Positions 10,025 to 20,480 of a DNA stretch of 64,000 nucleotides are shown in pieces. Location: assembly GCA_963678065.2 (NCBI GenBank), contig CAXXVZ010000002.1, forward strand, positions 544,001-608,000, read 5' to 3'. The position numbers and the translations under genes are program-made. The DNA comes from Treponemataceae bacterium. GTDB taxonomy: Bacteria > Spirochaetota > Spirochaetia > Treponematales > Rectinemataceae. The notes under the pieces are model-generated. The model was given only the letters and a program-made list of their open reading frames with translations. It was not told the DNA's origin and made no database searches. The stretch's first letter is position 1. Each line of letters starts with the position of its first letter.

Positions 10025-11041
10025 ATGCGCAAGAGGACGACGATCAAGGATGTGGCAGCCGCGACGGGCGTCTCCGTGGCGGCTGTGTCTGCCGTGCTCT
10101 CGGGAAAGGGCGGCGCATCGATACGGGTCTCCGCCGAAACCCGCGACAAGATCATCGCGGCCGCCGAAGCCCTGAAATACGTGCCGGATCGCCGCTCGCG
10201 CTCGCTGCGTGAACGGCGCTCGGACATCATCACCGTGATAACCTACGAAAAAGTCTTCCCCGTGGACTGGCGCAACGAATTCTACGGCTTCTTCGTTGGC
10301 ATCGAGGAGGAGGCCGCCCGCCGGGGCTACGATATCCTCATCCTCAACAACAGGCCCGACCTCGCCCCCGAGACCTCCGGCCGCATCGACCAGCTCGGCA
10401 TAGCGGACGGCGCCGTCGTCATCGGCATCTCGAAGGACGAAGACTCCCTCGCCCGCTTCCTGCATTCGGGCTTCCCGATCTTCTTCGTCGGGAGGCGGGA
10501 GATAGCGGGCATCGAGCCGAACTTCGCCACCTTCGACTACGCGAGCCCCATCGTCGAACTGGTCGCCCGGACGCGCGCGGCGGGATTGACCGGCGTCGAC
10601 TTTCTCCCCTGCGGAGCCGGAGAACCCCTGCGCGACAAGCGGCGCTTCCTCGCGGAGGCTCTCGAGGCCAAAGGTCTCTCGTTCAGGGAACTGCAAACCG
10701 AGTTCAGCCCGGACTCGGTCAGACGCATGGCCGCCGACGCCGACGCAGAAGGCAGGGTCCTCGCCTTCAACGGCATGGCCCTCGCGGAGGAATTCCGTCG
10801 AGCGGCCACCCCGCTCGGCCTGGATGCCGGCGCAGATTTCGAGGCCGCTGTCCTGGAAGACCGCTGGCAGGACAAAGACGACTTCTGGACCCGGCTCGAC
10901 TCCGACCGCGTCCTCCTCGGAAAAACGGCGGTCTCCTGCCTCGTGGACATCATGTCCGAAGACATGGCCGAGCCCGTCCGACGACTTATCCCTGTGCACC
11001 TCGTTCCCGGAGCTTCGTCGCCGGGGCTCTATCGGGCCTGA
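10025..11041 (+). CDS. LacI-family transcriptional regulator
   Basis: TIKDVAAATGVSVAAVSAVL HTH followed by a PBP-like effector domain. Confidence 0.92.
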   Translation: MRKRTTIKDVAAATGVSVAAVSAVLSGKGGASIRVSAETRDKIIAAAEALKYVPDRRSRSLRERRSDIITVITYEKVFPVDWRNEFYGFFVGIEEEAARRGYDILILNNRPDLAPETSGRIDQLGIADGAVVIGISKDEDSLARFLHSGFPIFFVGRREIAGIEPNFATFDYASPIVELVARTRAAGLTGVDFLPCGAGEPLRDKRRFLAEALEAKGLSFRELQTEFSPDSVRRMAADADAEGRVLAFNGMALAEEFRRAATPLGLDAGADFEAAVLEDRWQDKDDFWTRLDSDRVLLGKTAVSCLVDIMSEDMAEPVRRLIPVHLVPGASSPGLYRA

Positions 11042-11488
11042 TCCGGATCCGGGCTCCAACCCTGACGGGCGTTTTGCGGCGTATTTTCACGCGCATTTCG
11101 GTAATCGGGATCGTCGGAAACCTTCGGGGCGATTTCGTCGCGGATTCGCCGCGCGATCTCGGCATCCTCGTCGGCGAGGGCCAACGCGGCAGCTGTCCAT
11201 GTCGATGGATTCGAGAATCCCCCGCGCCAGATCCTCCTCCACGGGAGCGGGCAGCTTCGGTACGAGGGCTTGCCGTAGTACAGCTCAAAATGGATGGACT
11301 CATCGTCGATTCCCTTGTGCAGTACGTCGATGACGGTCGAAATCCTTCGGACTTCCCGCGATGTAGCCCACCCTGTAGGCCGGGGACGCTTCGGCGGAAA
11401 CACCGGGAGCGACTGCCATGCCATCCAGGCCGGTCAGGGGGCGGACTTTGATTGTTTCGAGTCCCTTCTCGCTCGTGACGCTCGGCAT
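11029..11488 (-). pseudogene. hsdR: Multiply deleted type I restriction endonuclease R subunit relic
   Basis: RBS + MPSVTSEKGLE...GSPKDFDR, then in changing frames VIDVLHKGI...LYYGKPS, LVPKLPAPVEEDLARGILESIDMDSCRV, LADEDAEI and IAPKVSDDPDYRNARENTPQNAR. From memory these resemble N- and C-terminal blocks of ~1000-aa HsdR proteins. Confidence 0.7.
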
Positions 11489-11756
11489 CGCGCACTCCCT
11501 TGATAATCCACAGCGAATATCGTGAAATTTATCAACGAATAATTTCACATCATCGGTCTTTGTTTTTTCCCTTGATATTTCTTTGTTTGCGTTGATATTT
11601 ATCAGCCCCTTCAACAACAAACCACGCTGTCCAATAGAGAGGACCGTTCCATACAGGATCTGGACACGTTCTGGAACTCGATTCCAGAAAGGAGCGCAGG
11701 GGAATGGCGTGAATAGCGCGTTTACGGGATACGGGTAGCCCGTGTCGACTCTCCGT

Positions 11757-12956
11757 TTAGCCCACCGTCTCCAGCCTCTCCAGATACATCCGCCACGGCA
11801 GCACCTCGACGAAATCGAGCCTGAACGGTTCCGGCGCAGAGCAGACGAGAAAACAGGGGACCGCCGGATTGTCGTCGCGGAAAGACCTGAGCCCGCTCAG
11901 GTCGGCGCCCGACACCATCGCTCGACTCTTGAACTCTACGGCCATGACAAGCTTTCCCTTCGCCTCGATCAAGAGGTCCACTTCCGCTCCGTCTTTGGTC
12001 CTCCAGTAGTGGAGTGCCGAGTCTACCCGCCGGTAATCCAGACGTCTGAATGTCTCCTGTACGAAGAACTGTTCGAACAGGCGTCCCCGGACCGAAGCAT
12101 CGAGGGGACCCGAAAGGCGGTGGGTCAGTGCATTGCTGAGTCCATTGTCGAACAGATAGTACTTCGGATGACTGACAAGGCGTTTCAGAGGGCTCTTCGT
12201 CCACGCAGGAAGGCGCAGGGCGATGAGGGTATCCTCCAGCACCTCGAAGTATGATTGCACCGTCCGGATCGGCAGGGCAGTTTCCTTCGCGATCGAACTG
12301 TAATTGAGGATTTCGCCGCAGTATGCCGCCGCGTAGTCGATGAACCGGGTGAAACCTCCCAGATTCCGCACGAGTCCTTCCAGTTGTATCTCTTCCCGTA
12401 GATACAGTTCGACATAGGTTTTCAGGGTATCACGCGCATCTCCTTCGTCCAGTCCGAGAAGGGGTGGAAGGGTCCCCCACTGAAGTGCATGTTCCAGATC
12501 GAATCTTTTGCCCAATTCTTTTGCCGTGAATGGATGAAGGTATCTCAAGAGCGCCCGGCCGCCCAGAAGATCCGCGCCGCCGGACAAGGCACTGCCTGAC
12601 AAGCCGCTGCCGCGCTTGAGCTTCCGCGCGCTCGACCCGGAGAGTATGAAACGTACCGTGCTCGACTCCAGAAGGTCGTGAACTTCGCTCAAGAGCGCCG
12701 GAATGCGCTGGACCTCGTCCAGTATGATCCATTCGACGCCATCGCGTATCCTGGCCTCGGCTTCGCGGCGGAACTGCGCCGGATCGCGCAGATAGCGGTA
12801 AAAGGTATCATTGTGGAGCAGGTTGATTGTCCAGGATTTCCCGCGATCCCCGCTTTCCCCGCGTGCCAGGCTAGCGAGCCAGGTGCTCTTGCCGGTCTGG
12901 CGCGGACCGAAGAGAAAGAATGAGCGATCCGGAGGCATTATCTCTCTAGTAATCAT
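11757..12956 (-). CDS. AAA_14 ATPase with DUF4143 / C-terminal PD-(D/E)xK-like domain
   Basis: FGPRQTGKST Walker A; ILDEVQRIP Walker B; LSGSSA; PKYYLFDNG; GRLFEQF; EVDLLI...VEFKS. Confidence 0.9.
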   Translation of the reverse strand: MITREIMPPDRSFFLFGPRQTGKSTWLASLARGESGDRGKSWTINLLHNDTFYRYLRDPAQFRREAEARIRDGVEWIILDEVQRIPALLSEVHDLLESSTVRFILSGSSARKLKRGSGLSGSALSGGADLLGGRALLRYLHPFTAKELGKRFDLEHALQWGTLPPLLGLDEGDARDTLKTYVELYLREEIQLEGLVRNLGGFTRFIDYAAAYCGEILNYSSIAKETALPIRTVQSYFEVLEDTLIALRLPAWTKSPLKRLVSHPKYYLFDNGLSNALTHRLSGPLDASVRGRLFEQFFVQETFRRLDYRRVDSALHYWRTKDGAEVDLLIEAKGKLVMAVEFKSRAMVSGADLSGLRSFRDDNPAVPCFLVCSAPEPFRLDFVEVLPWRMYLERLETVG

Positions 12957-12958
12957 GA

Positions 12959-12993
12959 TGCCAAAGTGTACGACATTTTGGCAGGATATGCAA
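12959..12993 (-). promoter_or_regulatory. Promoter with overlapping palindrome for the AAA gene (near-leaderless)
   Basis: TTGCAT-N17-TACACT ends 8 nt before the ATG; TGCCAAA-N11-TTTGGCA inverted repeat at 12959-12983. Confidence 0.55.
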
Positions 12994-13033
12994 ACTATCC
13001 GGCTTGTTTTTACATCTCTGCTGGCGAACAGAA

Positions 13034-14293
13034 TCACGAAGTCACGAAAGCCCCCGCCATCTTCTCTTGCTCCGTCCTGGAAATACCCAGTTCCTCCGCC
13101 AGCTCCCGCCAGCGGGATACGGAGGCGACTACCGATTCACGGATATTTTCCGCCTCCCGTGCTTCCAGTCTGAAATAACGCGCCACCGAGAGAGCAAGAT
13201 CGAAATCGAGGGCGTTGTCGTTTTCGTCGATGCACAGCGACAATCCTCCGCCGAAGGGAGAGGGATTGAGGTCGTATGCGGGAGAGAGCCTCCATCCTCG
13301 CTGCCCCAGAAGGAATCCGTGGTTCCGCAGATGATCGTCGGTATTCGAAATGGCGATGCCGAAGACGATGCGTCGCCAGAGTTGCGCGAGATCCTCATCA
13401 GGAGAGGCTCCATTGCGGATGAGGAAGTCGGCGATTTCGAGGTAGCTGGCTCCCGCAGACGAATCGTCGCCGTCCTTCCTGCCGAGCATGGTCATCGCGG
13501 AGGCAAAATGAATCCGCTTCGCGGAGTCGACGCGGTCAAACCGCCGCGTCAGAAAGGTCGACCCCCGGGACGACAATGATTCCAGCCTGCATTCGCTCGT
13601 CACGATTCCCGCGTTGCGCGCAAGCGTCGCGACGAGCATCTCCCATACGCCGACATCCCGGTCATCGTCTTTCCCCGGAAACTTCGCGATCCACAGGCTC
13701 CCGTCGGAATCGACGACGCTGGCCTTGGGCCTCGCTCCGCCAAGCGACGAGCCCGGGGCGATGAGAAGGGCGAGCCATGGATCCAGTTCGTCGTCGCTGA
13801 CATCGCTCTCCACGATATGACTCGCATATTCGAGGTCGCGAAGTCTGGCCCACGGTGGGGCGGCCATGGCGGTATCGCTGCTCTGGAAGACCGGGCTGCC
13901 GATTTCCCGGAAGCGGAGCGCCCCCATCCGGTTTTCATCGTACACGCCAAGCAGGTAATCCGATTCCGCGAGTGCCCGCACTCCACGCCCCTCTTTGCGG
14001 GCAAGGATTCCTTCCCTCCGGCGCATGAGAACGCGCCCCCAGCGATCGGGCGACGAGTCGAGAAATATGCCGAAATTCAGCTTTTCCCTGGCCGGATACT
14101 GCGGGCCCTTGAAAAGCCTGAGTTCCGGATCGAGCGCACGTCCATCCGTGCGGAGAAGCCATTCTTTTTCATAGTCGAACGAGAATACTTCCTTTCCCCT
14201 GGCGGGGATCGCGGACAGCGTCCCCATTTTGACAGCTTTTCCCAAGCCAGCCCAATCGGCGTATACTTCTATGCGGCGGACTATCCCGCTCAT
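13034..14293 (-). CDS. hipA: HipA-family Ser/Thr kinase toxin
   Basis: DSSPDRWGR N-domain; GSSLGGARPKA P-loop; WIAKFP; TRRFDR; SNTDDHLRNHGF; LSPAYDLNP. Confidence 0.93.
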   Translation of the reverse strand: MSGIVRRIEVYADWAGLGKAVKMGTLSAIPARGKEVFSFDYEKEWLLRTDGRALDPELRLFKGPQYPAREKLNFGIFLDSSPDRWGRVLMRRREGILARKEGRGVRALAESDYLLGVYDENRMGALRFREIGSPVFQSSDTAMAAPPWARLRDLEYASHIVESDVSDDELDPWLALLIAPGSSLGGARPKASVVDSDGSLWIAKFPGKDDDRDVGVWEMLVATLARNAGIVTSECRLESLSSRGSTFLTRRFDRVDSAKRIHFASAMTMLGRKDGDDSSAGASYLEIADFLIRNGASPDEDLAQLWRRIVFGIAISNTDDHLRNHGFLLGQRGWRLSPAYDLNPSPFGGGLSLCIDENDNALDFDLALSVARYFRLEAREAENIRESVVASVSRWRELAEELGISRTEQEKMAGAFVTS

Positions 14294-14619
14294 GGAGTTT
14301 CCTCCCGCTTCGCTTTCCTTGCGCGCATGCGAATCGGCAAGCGTGCATCCTGAAGCGTTCGTCCGAACTCGTCATCGCGGGCGACGGCGAGCAGATCCTT
14401 TTCGAGACCGACGACAAAGAGAGTCTGAACCCATGCTCCCATCGACACCGAAGAGGATCCGGATTCGATCGCGTTGAGGGTCGATCTGCTGATGCCGGCC
14501 CGTTCGGCCAGCATCTGAGTCGATAGATTGCGCCGCAGTCTCGCAAACCGCAGGTTTTCTCCAAGTTCGACAAGGACTTTCCGGGCGGAGGGCAGAAGTG
14601 TTACGGATTTTTTCCCCAT
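14290..14619 (-). CDS. XRE/HipB-like HTH antitoxin
   Basis: LGENLRFARLRRNLSTQMLAERAGISRSTLNAIESG HTH; ATGA overlap with hipA. Confidence 0.88.
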   Translation of the reverse strand: MGKKSVTLLPSARKVLVELGENLRFARLRRNLSTQMLAERAGISRSTLNAIESGSSSVSMGAWVQTLFVVGLEKDLLAVARDDEFGRTLQDARLPIRMRARKAKREETP

Positions 14620-14927
14620 AATGCTTTATATTATACGCTATAACACCAATAATGACCATATAATAAGACATTTAAGATTGGACTGCCTGCAGTGGACAAG
14701 CAAGACCCGTCGGGCTTCGGCCAGACTGCAAGCCCCAAAGCCCCAAAAGAGACGGAAATGGCTGTACCGGAAGAGGGGTTCAAGATGACGTCCGGGCAAA
14801 CCGGCGATTGACGACGGGCCATCGCCCAGTATACTTGAGTCATTGTGAGGGAGTTTTCTGTGGTCGGCAGAGAGCACGGGCCATATGGAAAATCCCGGAA
14901 TATGTCTGGAACTTCCAGGATGGGAAC

Positions 14928-15347
14928 ATGGAAAAGTCGGACGCGAACCAGGGCCAGTCGGCATCGGAGCTCATCTCGAAAAAAATCGCCGAACTCGGGG
15001 ACTGGCGCGGGGAAACCCTAAAGCGAATGCGCAAGCTCATCAAGGAAGCAGACCCGGATGTCGTCGAGGAGTGGAAGTGGATGGGCACTCCGATTTGGTC
15101 GCACGACGGCATCATCTGCACTGGCGAATCCTACAAGAATGCCGTGAAGCTTACCTTCTCCAAGGGCGCGGCTCTGGAAGATCCGGCCCGACTCTTCAAT
15201 TCGAGTCTCGACGGAAACACACGCCGGGCGATCGACATCCACGAAGGAGAAGAAGTTGACTCATCCGCCTTCAAGGCGCTCGTTCTCCAGGCGATCGCCC
15301 TCAACAGTTCTGGCAAGTCGAAACCTTCGAAGAAAGCGAAATCCTGA
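14928..15347 (+). CDS. DUF1801 (YdhG-like) protein
   Basis: LGDWRGETL...[23 protein letters not shown]...VKLTF...[15 protein letters not shown]. Confidence 0.88.
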   Translation: MEKSDANQGQSASELISKKIAELGDWRGETLKRMRKLIKEADPDVVEEWKWMGTPIWSHDGIICTGESYKNAVKLTFSKGAALEDPARLFNSSLDGNTRRAIDIHEGEEVDSSAFKALVLQAIALNSSGKSKPSKKAKS

Positions 15348-15467
15348 GGGATTCCGCCGCGGAATTTGACGTAATCTGCGCGTATAGATGTATACGACGC
15401 ATCATGATTCACTCCTGCCTTTTCGGTGGTTTTGCCCTGCCTCCCGTATCAGGTGCGAGGTTCGTAT

Positions 15468-15959
15468 CTATAAAAGTTTTTCATAAGCTATGAAGTCCGT
15501 ATCATACAAATGCACCATCCCCAGTTCTCGATATCCCATTCTCCTGTAAAGTCTATTTGCAGCTGTATTTACTTTTGCCGCAAGATGATGGGTTGCCTTG
15601 AATCCCCTGCTTTTCGCATAGGCGCTTATATTTCCCATCATCTTTTCCCCGATACCTTTGCCTTGATGCTCAGGCGATACGCATAAACGGACAAGAAAGC
15701 ATGCTTTGACGTTTACCCAATCCAATGATTGTATATCCGGGTCATCCTCTTCGAATATGGATATTGTAGCCAATATTTCATCGTGTCCGATCAATGCGAA
15801 TAGTCTTCCGTTTTCCAGATCTTCTCTCAATATGTCTTTATTGGGATAATCTTCATCCCAATCCGAAGTACCGTCTTCCCTGCCTTTCGCTTTCACTGCT
15901 TCATAGAGAGAGAAGATTACGTTTTCTTCTTCCAATAGTGCTTTTCTGAACTGTTGCAT
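15468..15959 (-). CDS. GNAT-family N-acetyltransferase
   Basis: RLCVSPEHQGKGIG acetyl-CoA motif; N..A..LYRRMGY; visibly AT-rich compared with the flanks. Confidence 0.88.
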   Translation of the reverse strand: MQQFRKALLEEENVIFSLYEAVKAKGREDGTSDWDEDYPNKDILREDLENGRLFALIGHDEILATISIFEEDDPDIQSLDWVNVKACFLVRLCVSPEHQGKGIGEKMMGNISAYAKSRGFKATHHLAAKVNTAANRLYRRMGYRELGMVHLYDTDFIAYEKLL

Positions 15960-16025
15960 GCGTTGAATCCTCTATCAATACGCGACTGATGTCCATTGCT
16001 CTTCATGTGATGGCTTCGTTATGGA

Positions 16026-16060
16026 AAAAGGCCGCCAGGCGCATTGCCGGACGGCCTTTC
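16026..16060 (-). terminator. Probable intrinsic terminator downstream of eno
   Basis: AAAGGCCG...CGGCCTTT stem with a T-run on the minus strand. Confidence 0.5.
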
Positions 16061-16260
16061 GCATGTTCGCAATTCGCTGGAAGCGAACCGTTCGTGCGTT
16101 ACCTGAATTTCAGATAACGCCCCCGAAACGCGGTCCATCTCGCGCCCGGACGTACTTGCTTCCTGATGCCGGAAAACGCCTTCATCCGCAGGAAGCCGGG
16201 CGGATGCCTCGTCACCCCGCGGATGACGCCGGCATCGCCCAGACATTTATTCAAGACCCC

Positions 16261-17625
<1,365 letters not shown>

Positions 17626-17659
17626 TCAAGACGGCCGCGCGCCGGGCCGGCCGCATGGC

Positions 17660-18466
17660 TCATTTGAGTCCGGCCCGCTCCCTCGCTTTTTTCGCGACCG
17701 AGTCGACCTGGCCCGCGAGCTCGCCTGAGGTGAAGGCCCTCATGGCGGCGGCGACACCGAGACCGGGATTGCGCATGCCCGAGGTCGAGAAAGTGCGCAT
17801 GTAGAGCATCTTCTTCCCGCCCACATCGATTTCCTTGAGATACCACGACGAGTCGGCGGCATAGAGTTTGCCGTCGAGGCTCTCGGTCATCCTGTAGCGG
17901 AAGCCGGCGGCGCCGTCGGGCAGGTTGTCCCGGTACGACTCGAGGCGGAGCTTGTAGCCTATCCTGATGCCGAGGAAGTTGATGCCGATCTCCTCGTAGA
18001 CTTTGATCGATCCCTCCGCGCGATCCTCCACTTTGGCTTCCTGGAGTCGGGGAGAGATGGTCTTGAGCACGGGGTAATCCCAGAGAAGCGTGGCGACAGC
18101 CTCGAGCGGGACCTCGTAGATGCCGTGAGCCTCGCCGGTGCCGAGCACGCGCCTTTCGCCGGGGACTTGCTCGGGGTTTATCACGTCGACGGCGAAGGAC
18201 TCCGACCTGCCCGCCAGTTTCGCGGCGCCGGCCTCGTCGAGGTTTCCTGCGCCTCCCGGCCCGGTCGCTCCGTAGCGCAGGTTGAAGCCCGCGAAGCTCG
18301 TGAGGGTGCCGCCGTTGACCGCGGCCGGGGGTGCCGCCGCAGAGCCCGCAGGCGAAGCACCCTGAGCGGCCGAGAGCGGGGCGAGGCCCGCGGCGCAGAG
18401 AAGTATTCCGGCGGCGAGGCTTCCCACGAGGCGCCGAGCCACCGTCATGCCCTGTTTCGGCTCCAT
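17660..18466 (-). CDS. Exported hypothetical protein (possible START/SRPBCC-like fold)
   Basis: Signal-peptide-like N-terminus; GGGAGGGA RBS; PLEAVATLLWDYP..L....PR pattern reminiscent of SRPBCC domains; 14 nt after the parB stop. Confidence 0.6.
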   Translation of the reverse strand: MEPKQGMTVARRLVGSLAAGILLCAAGLAPLSAAQGASPAGSAAAPPAAVNGGTLTSFAGFNLRYGATGPGGAGNLDEAGAAKLAGRSESFAVDVINPEQVPGERRVLGTGEAHGIYEVPLEAVATLLWDYPVLKTISPRLQEAKVEDRAEGSIKVYEEIGINFLGIRIGYKLRLESYRDNLPDGAAGFRYRMTESLDGKLYAADSSWYLKEIDVGGKKMLYMRTFSTSGMRNPGLGVAAAMRAFTSGELAGQVDSVAKKARERAGLK

Positions 18467-18480
18467 GAAAGTCCCTCCCC

Positions 18481-19536
18481 TCATCTGCCGAGAACCTCGA
18501 TGATGCGGTCGAGATCCTCGAGCGAATAGTATTCCACTTCGACGATTCCCTTCTTCGCGCTGCCCTTGATGCTGACCTTGGTGCCGAGGCTCTGGATGAG
18601 TTTCTGTTCCACGGCGACGAGGTCCGGATCGCGGTTGGCGGCTTCGGCGGCCTTTCTGGCGGCCTTGGCCTTGCGCGCGCTTCCCGGAGCCGCGGCGAGG
18701 ACTGCCTGGGCGGCATCCTCGGCCTGGCGCACCGAGAGGGATTCCTCCGAGATGCGGGCGAAAAGCTTGTCGCGCACCGGCGCGTCGGGCAGAGCCAGAA
18801 GCGCGCGCGCGTGGCCTGCCGTAATGACGCCCGAGCGGAGCGACTCGAGCATGCGGGGCGAAAGTTTGAGGAGGCGGACGGCGTTGGCGATGGCGGAGCG
18901 GCTCTTGCCCACGGCCTCGGCGATCTCGTCCTGGGTGGCCCCGGAGAGTTCCATGAGGCTCCGGTAGGCCTCGGCTTCCTCGACCGGGTTCAGGTTCTCG
19001 CGCTGGATGTTCTCGATGAGCGAGATCTCGAGGCGCTTCGCTGGCGTGAACCTGCGGACGATGGCCGGGATCTCCGCGAGGTCTGCGCGCAGAGCCGCGC
19101 GGTAGCGGCGTTCTCCCGCGATGATGCGGTAGAAGCTTCCTTCCTCAGACGGATCGCTCCCCGGCGCCCGGATTCCGCTTTCCGCGCGCGAGTCGATCTC
19201 GACGAGGATGGGCTGGATGAGGCCGTGTCTCTTTATGGAAGAGGCGAGTTCTTCTATGGATTCCTCGGGGAAATCCTTGCGGGGCTGGTCGGGGTTGGGT
19301 CTGATGCGGGCGAGAGGGATGATGAGAATCTCCTCGCCTTCCGGGAGGGTGCCCATGCCCGACGTCGCGCGGCCGTCGGAACTCGCGGCCACATCCGTCG
19401 ACCCGCCGACTGGCGCCGTCTCTCCGGGGCCGAAGCCCATCGCGACCTCGACTCTGTCTCCGGGCGCGCCGCGCACGGGAAGCCGTTCGGGGATGAGGGC
19501 CCCGAGTCCCTTTCCGAGACCGAATTTATTCGCCAC
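18481..19536 (-). CDS. parB: ParB/Spo0J partition protein
   Basis: GLGKGLGALI, PNPDQPRKDF, IIAGERRYRA, LIENIQRENLNPVEEA and an HTH. Confidence 0.96.
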   Translation of the reverse strand: MANKFGLGKGLGALIPERLPVRGAPGDRVEVAMGFGPGETAPVGGSTDVAASSDGRATSGMGTLPEGEEILIIPLARIRPNPDQPRKDFPEESIEELASSIKRHGLIQPILVEIDSRAESGIRAPGSDPSEEGSFYRIIAGERRYRAALRADLAEIPAIVRRFTPAKRLEISLIENIQRENLNPVEEAEAYRSLMELSGATQDEIAEAVGKSRSAIANAVRLLKLSPRMLESLRSGVITAGHARALLALPDAPVRDKLFARISEESLSVRQAEDAAQAVLAAAPGSARKAKAARKAAEAANRDPDLVAVEQKLIQSLGTKVSIKGSAKKGIVEVEYYSLEDLDRIIEVLGR

Positions 19537-20284
19537 GCTCGATTATCTCCTTTGCCAACGCCTCGTAGCTGCGCGCTCCGATGCAGGTCGGATCGTAGAG
19601 GCAGACGGGAAGCCCGTGCGAGGGCGCTTCGGACAGGCGCACATTGCGCGGCACGATTGTCCTGAACACGCGGTCCTTGAAGTACTCTGTGACCTGACGC
19701 ACGACTTCCTGGGCGAGCCGCGTGCGCGAGTCGTACATAGTGAGCATGATGCCTGAGACCTTGAGCCCGGGGTTCATGCTTTTCTGCACAAGCCCGACGG
19801 TCTGCAGGATGAGCGAGAGACCTTCCAGGGCGAAATACTCGCACTGGAGCGGTATGCAGACCTCCTGGGCGGCATTGAGCCCGTTGAGCGTCAGGATTCC
19901 GAGGGAGGGAGGGCAGTCTATGAGTATGAAATCGTACGTGTCGGATACGGTGGCGATCGCCCGCTTCAGGTAGTCGTTGCGGTCGGGCTTGTCGACGAGT
20001 TCGACCGTCGCGCCGGAGAGATCTATGGAAGACGGCACATAGGAGAGGCCGGGAACTTTGGACTCATGCACCACTTCGACGAGTTCCATCTGCCCCGTGA
20101 TGACCTGGTATATGCCTTTGTCGCGGGCGGAACCGCCCACGCCGCTCGTCATGTTCCCCTGCGGATCGAAATCGACGAGGAGGGTCCGCTTCCCCGCGAG
20201 GGCGAGATAGGCCCCTATGTTTATGGCGCTCGTGGTTTTGCCCACACCGCCTTTCTGGTTCACGAAAACGATGATTCGAGCCAT
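19526..20284 (-). CDS. parA: ParA/Soj ATPase
   Basis: NQKGGVGKTT, DFDPQGN, IDCPPSLG, PLQCEYFALEGL and RNVRLSEAPSHG. Confidence 0.97.
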   Translation of the reverse strand: MARIIVFVNQKGGVGKTTSAINIGAYLALAGKRTLLVDFDPQGNMTSGVGGSARDKGIYQVITGQMELVEVVHESKVPGLSYVPSSIDLSGATVELVDKPDRNDYLKRAIATVSDTYDFILIDCPPSLGILTLNGLNAAQEVCIPLQCEYFALEGLSLILQTVGLVQKSMNPGLKVSGIMLTMYDSRTRLAQEVVRQVTEYFKDRVFRTIVPRNVRLSEAPSHGLPVCLYDPTCIGARSYEALAKEIIERGE

Positions 20285-20480
20285 GCAGCCTCTCCGCTCC
20301 GGATTCGTTCCGAGTGTATCACACTCCGTCAAAAATTACCTAGTCCGGGACAGGGAAGCGGGGATACCGCGAAGCGCCGGACAGACTGCGACGCGAAGGC
20401 AGACGGGCCATGCAAGGGCAGGCCGGAAACTTGACCCTGCGGCGGATGGAAGGGTACATTCGAGGGACAAGGAGTTCCTT

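Noticed and set aside
14680..14880. Short ORFs between the hipB-like gene and DUF1801
   Set aside because: No recognisable homology in any frame; probably degraded intergenic DNA.
14928..16120. Integron cassette array (DUF1801, GNAT)
   Set aside because: The genes are in opposite orientations, no convincing attC core pairs were found by eye, and there is no integrase.
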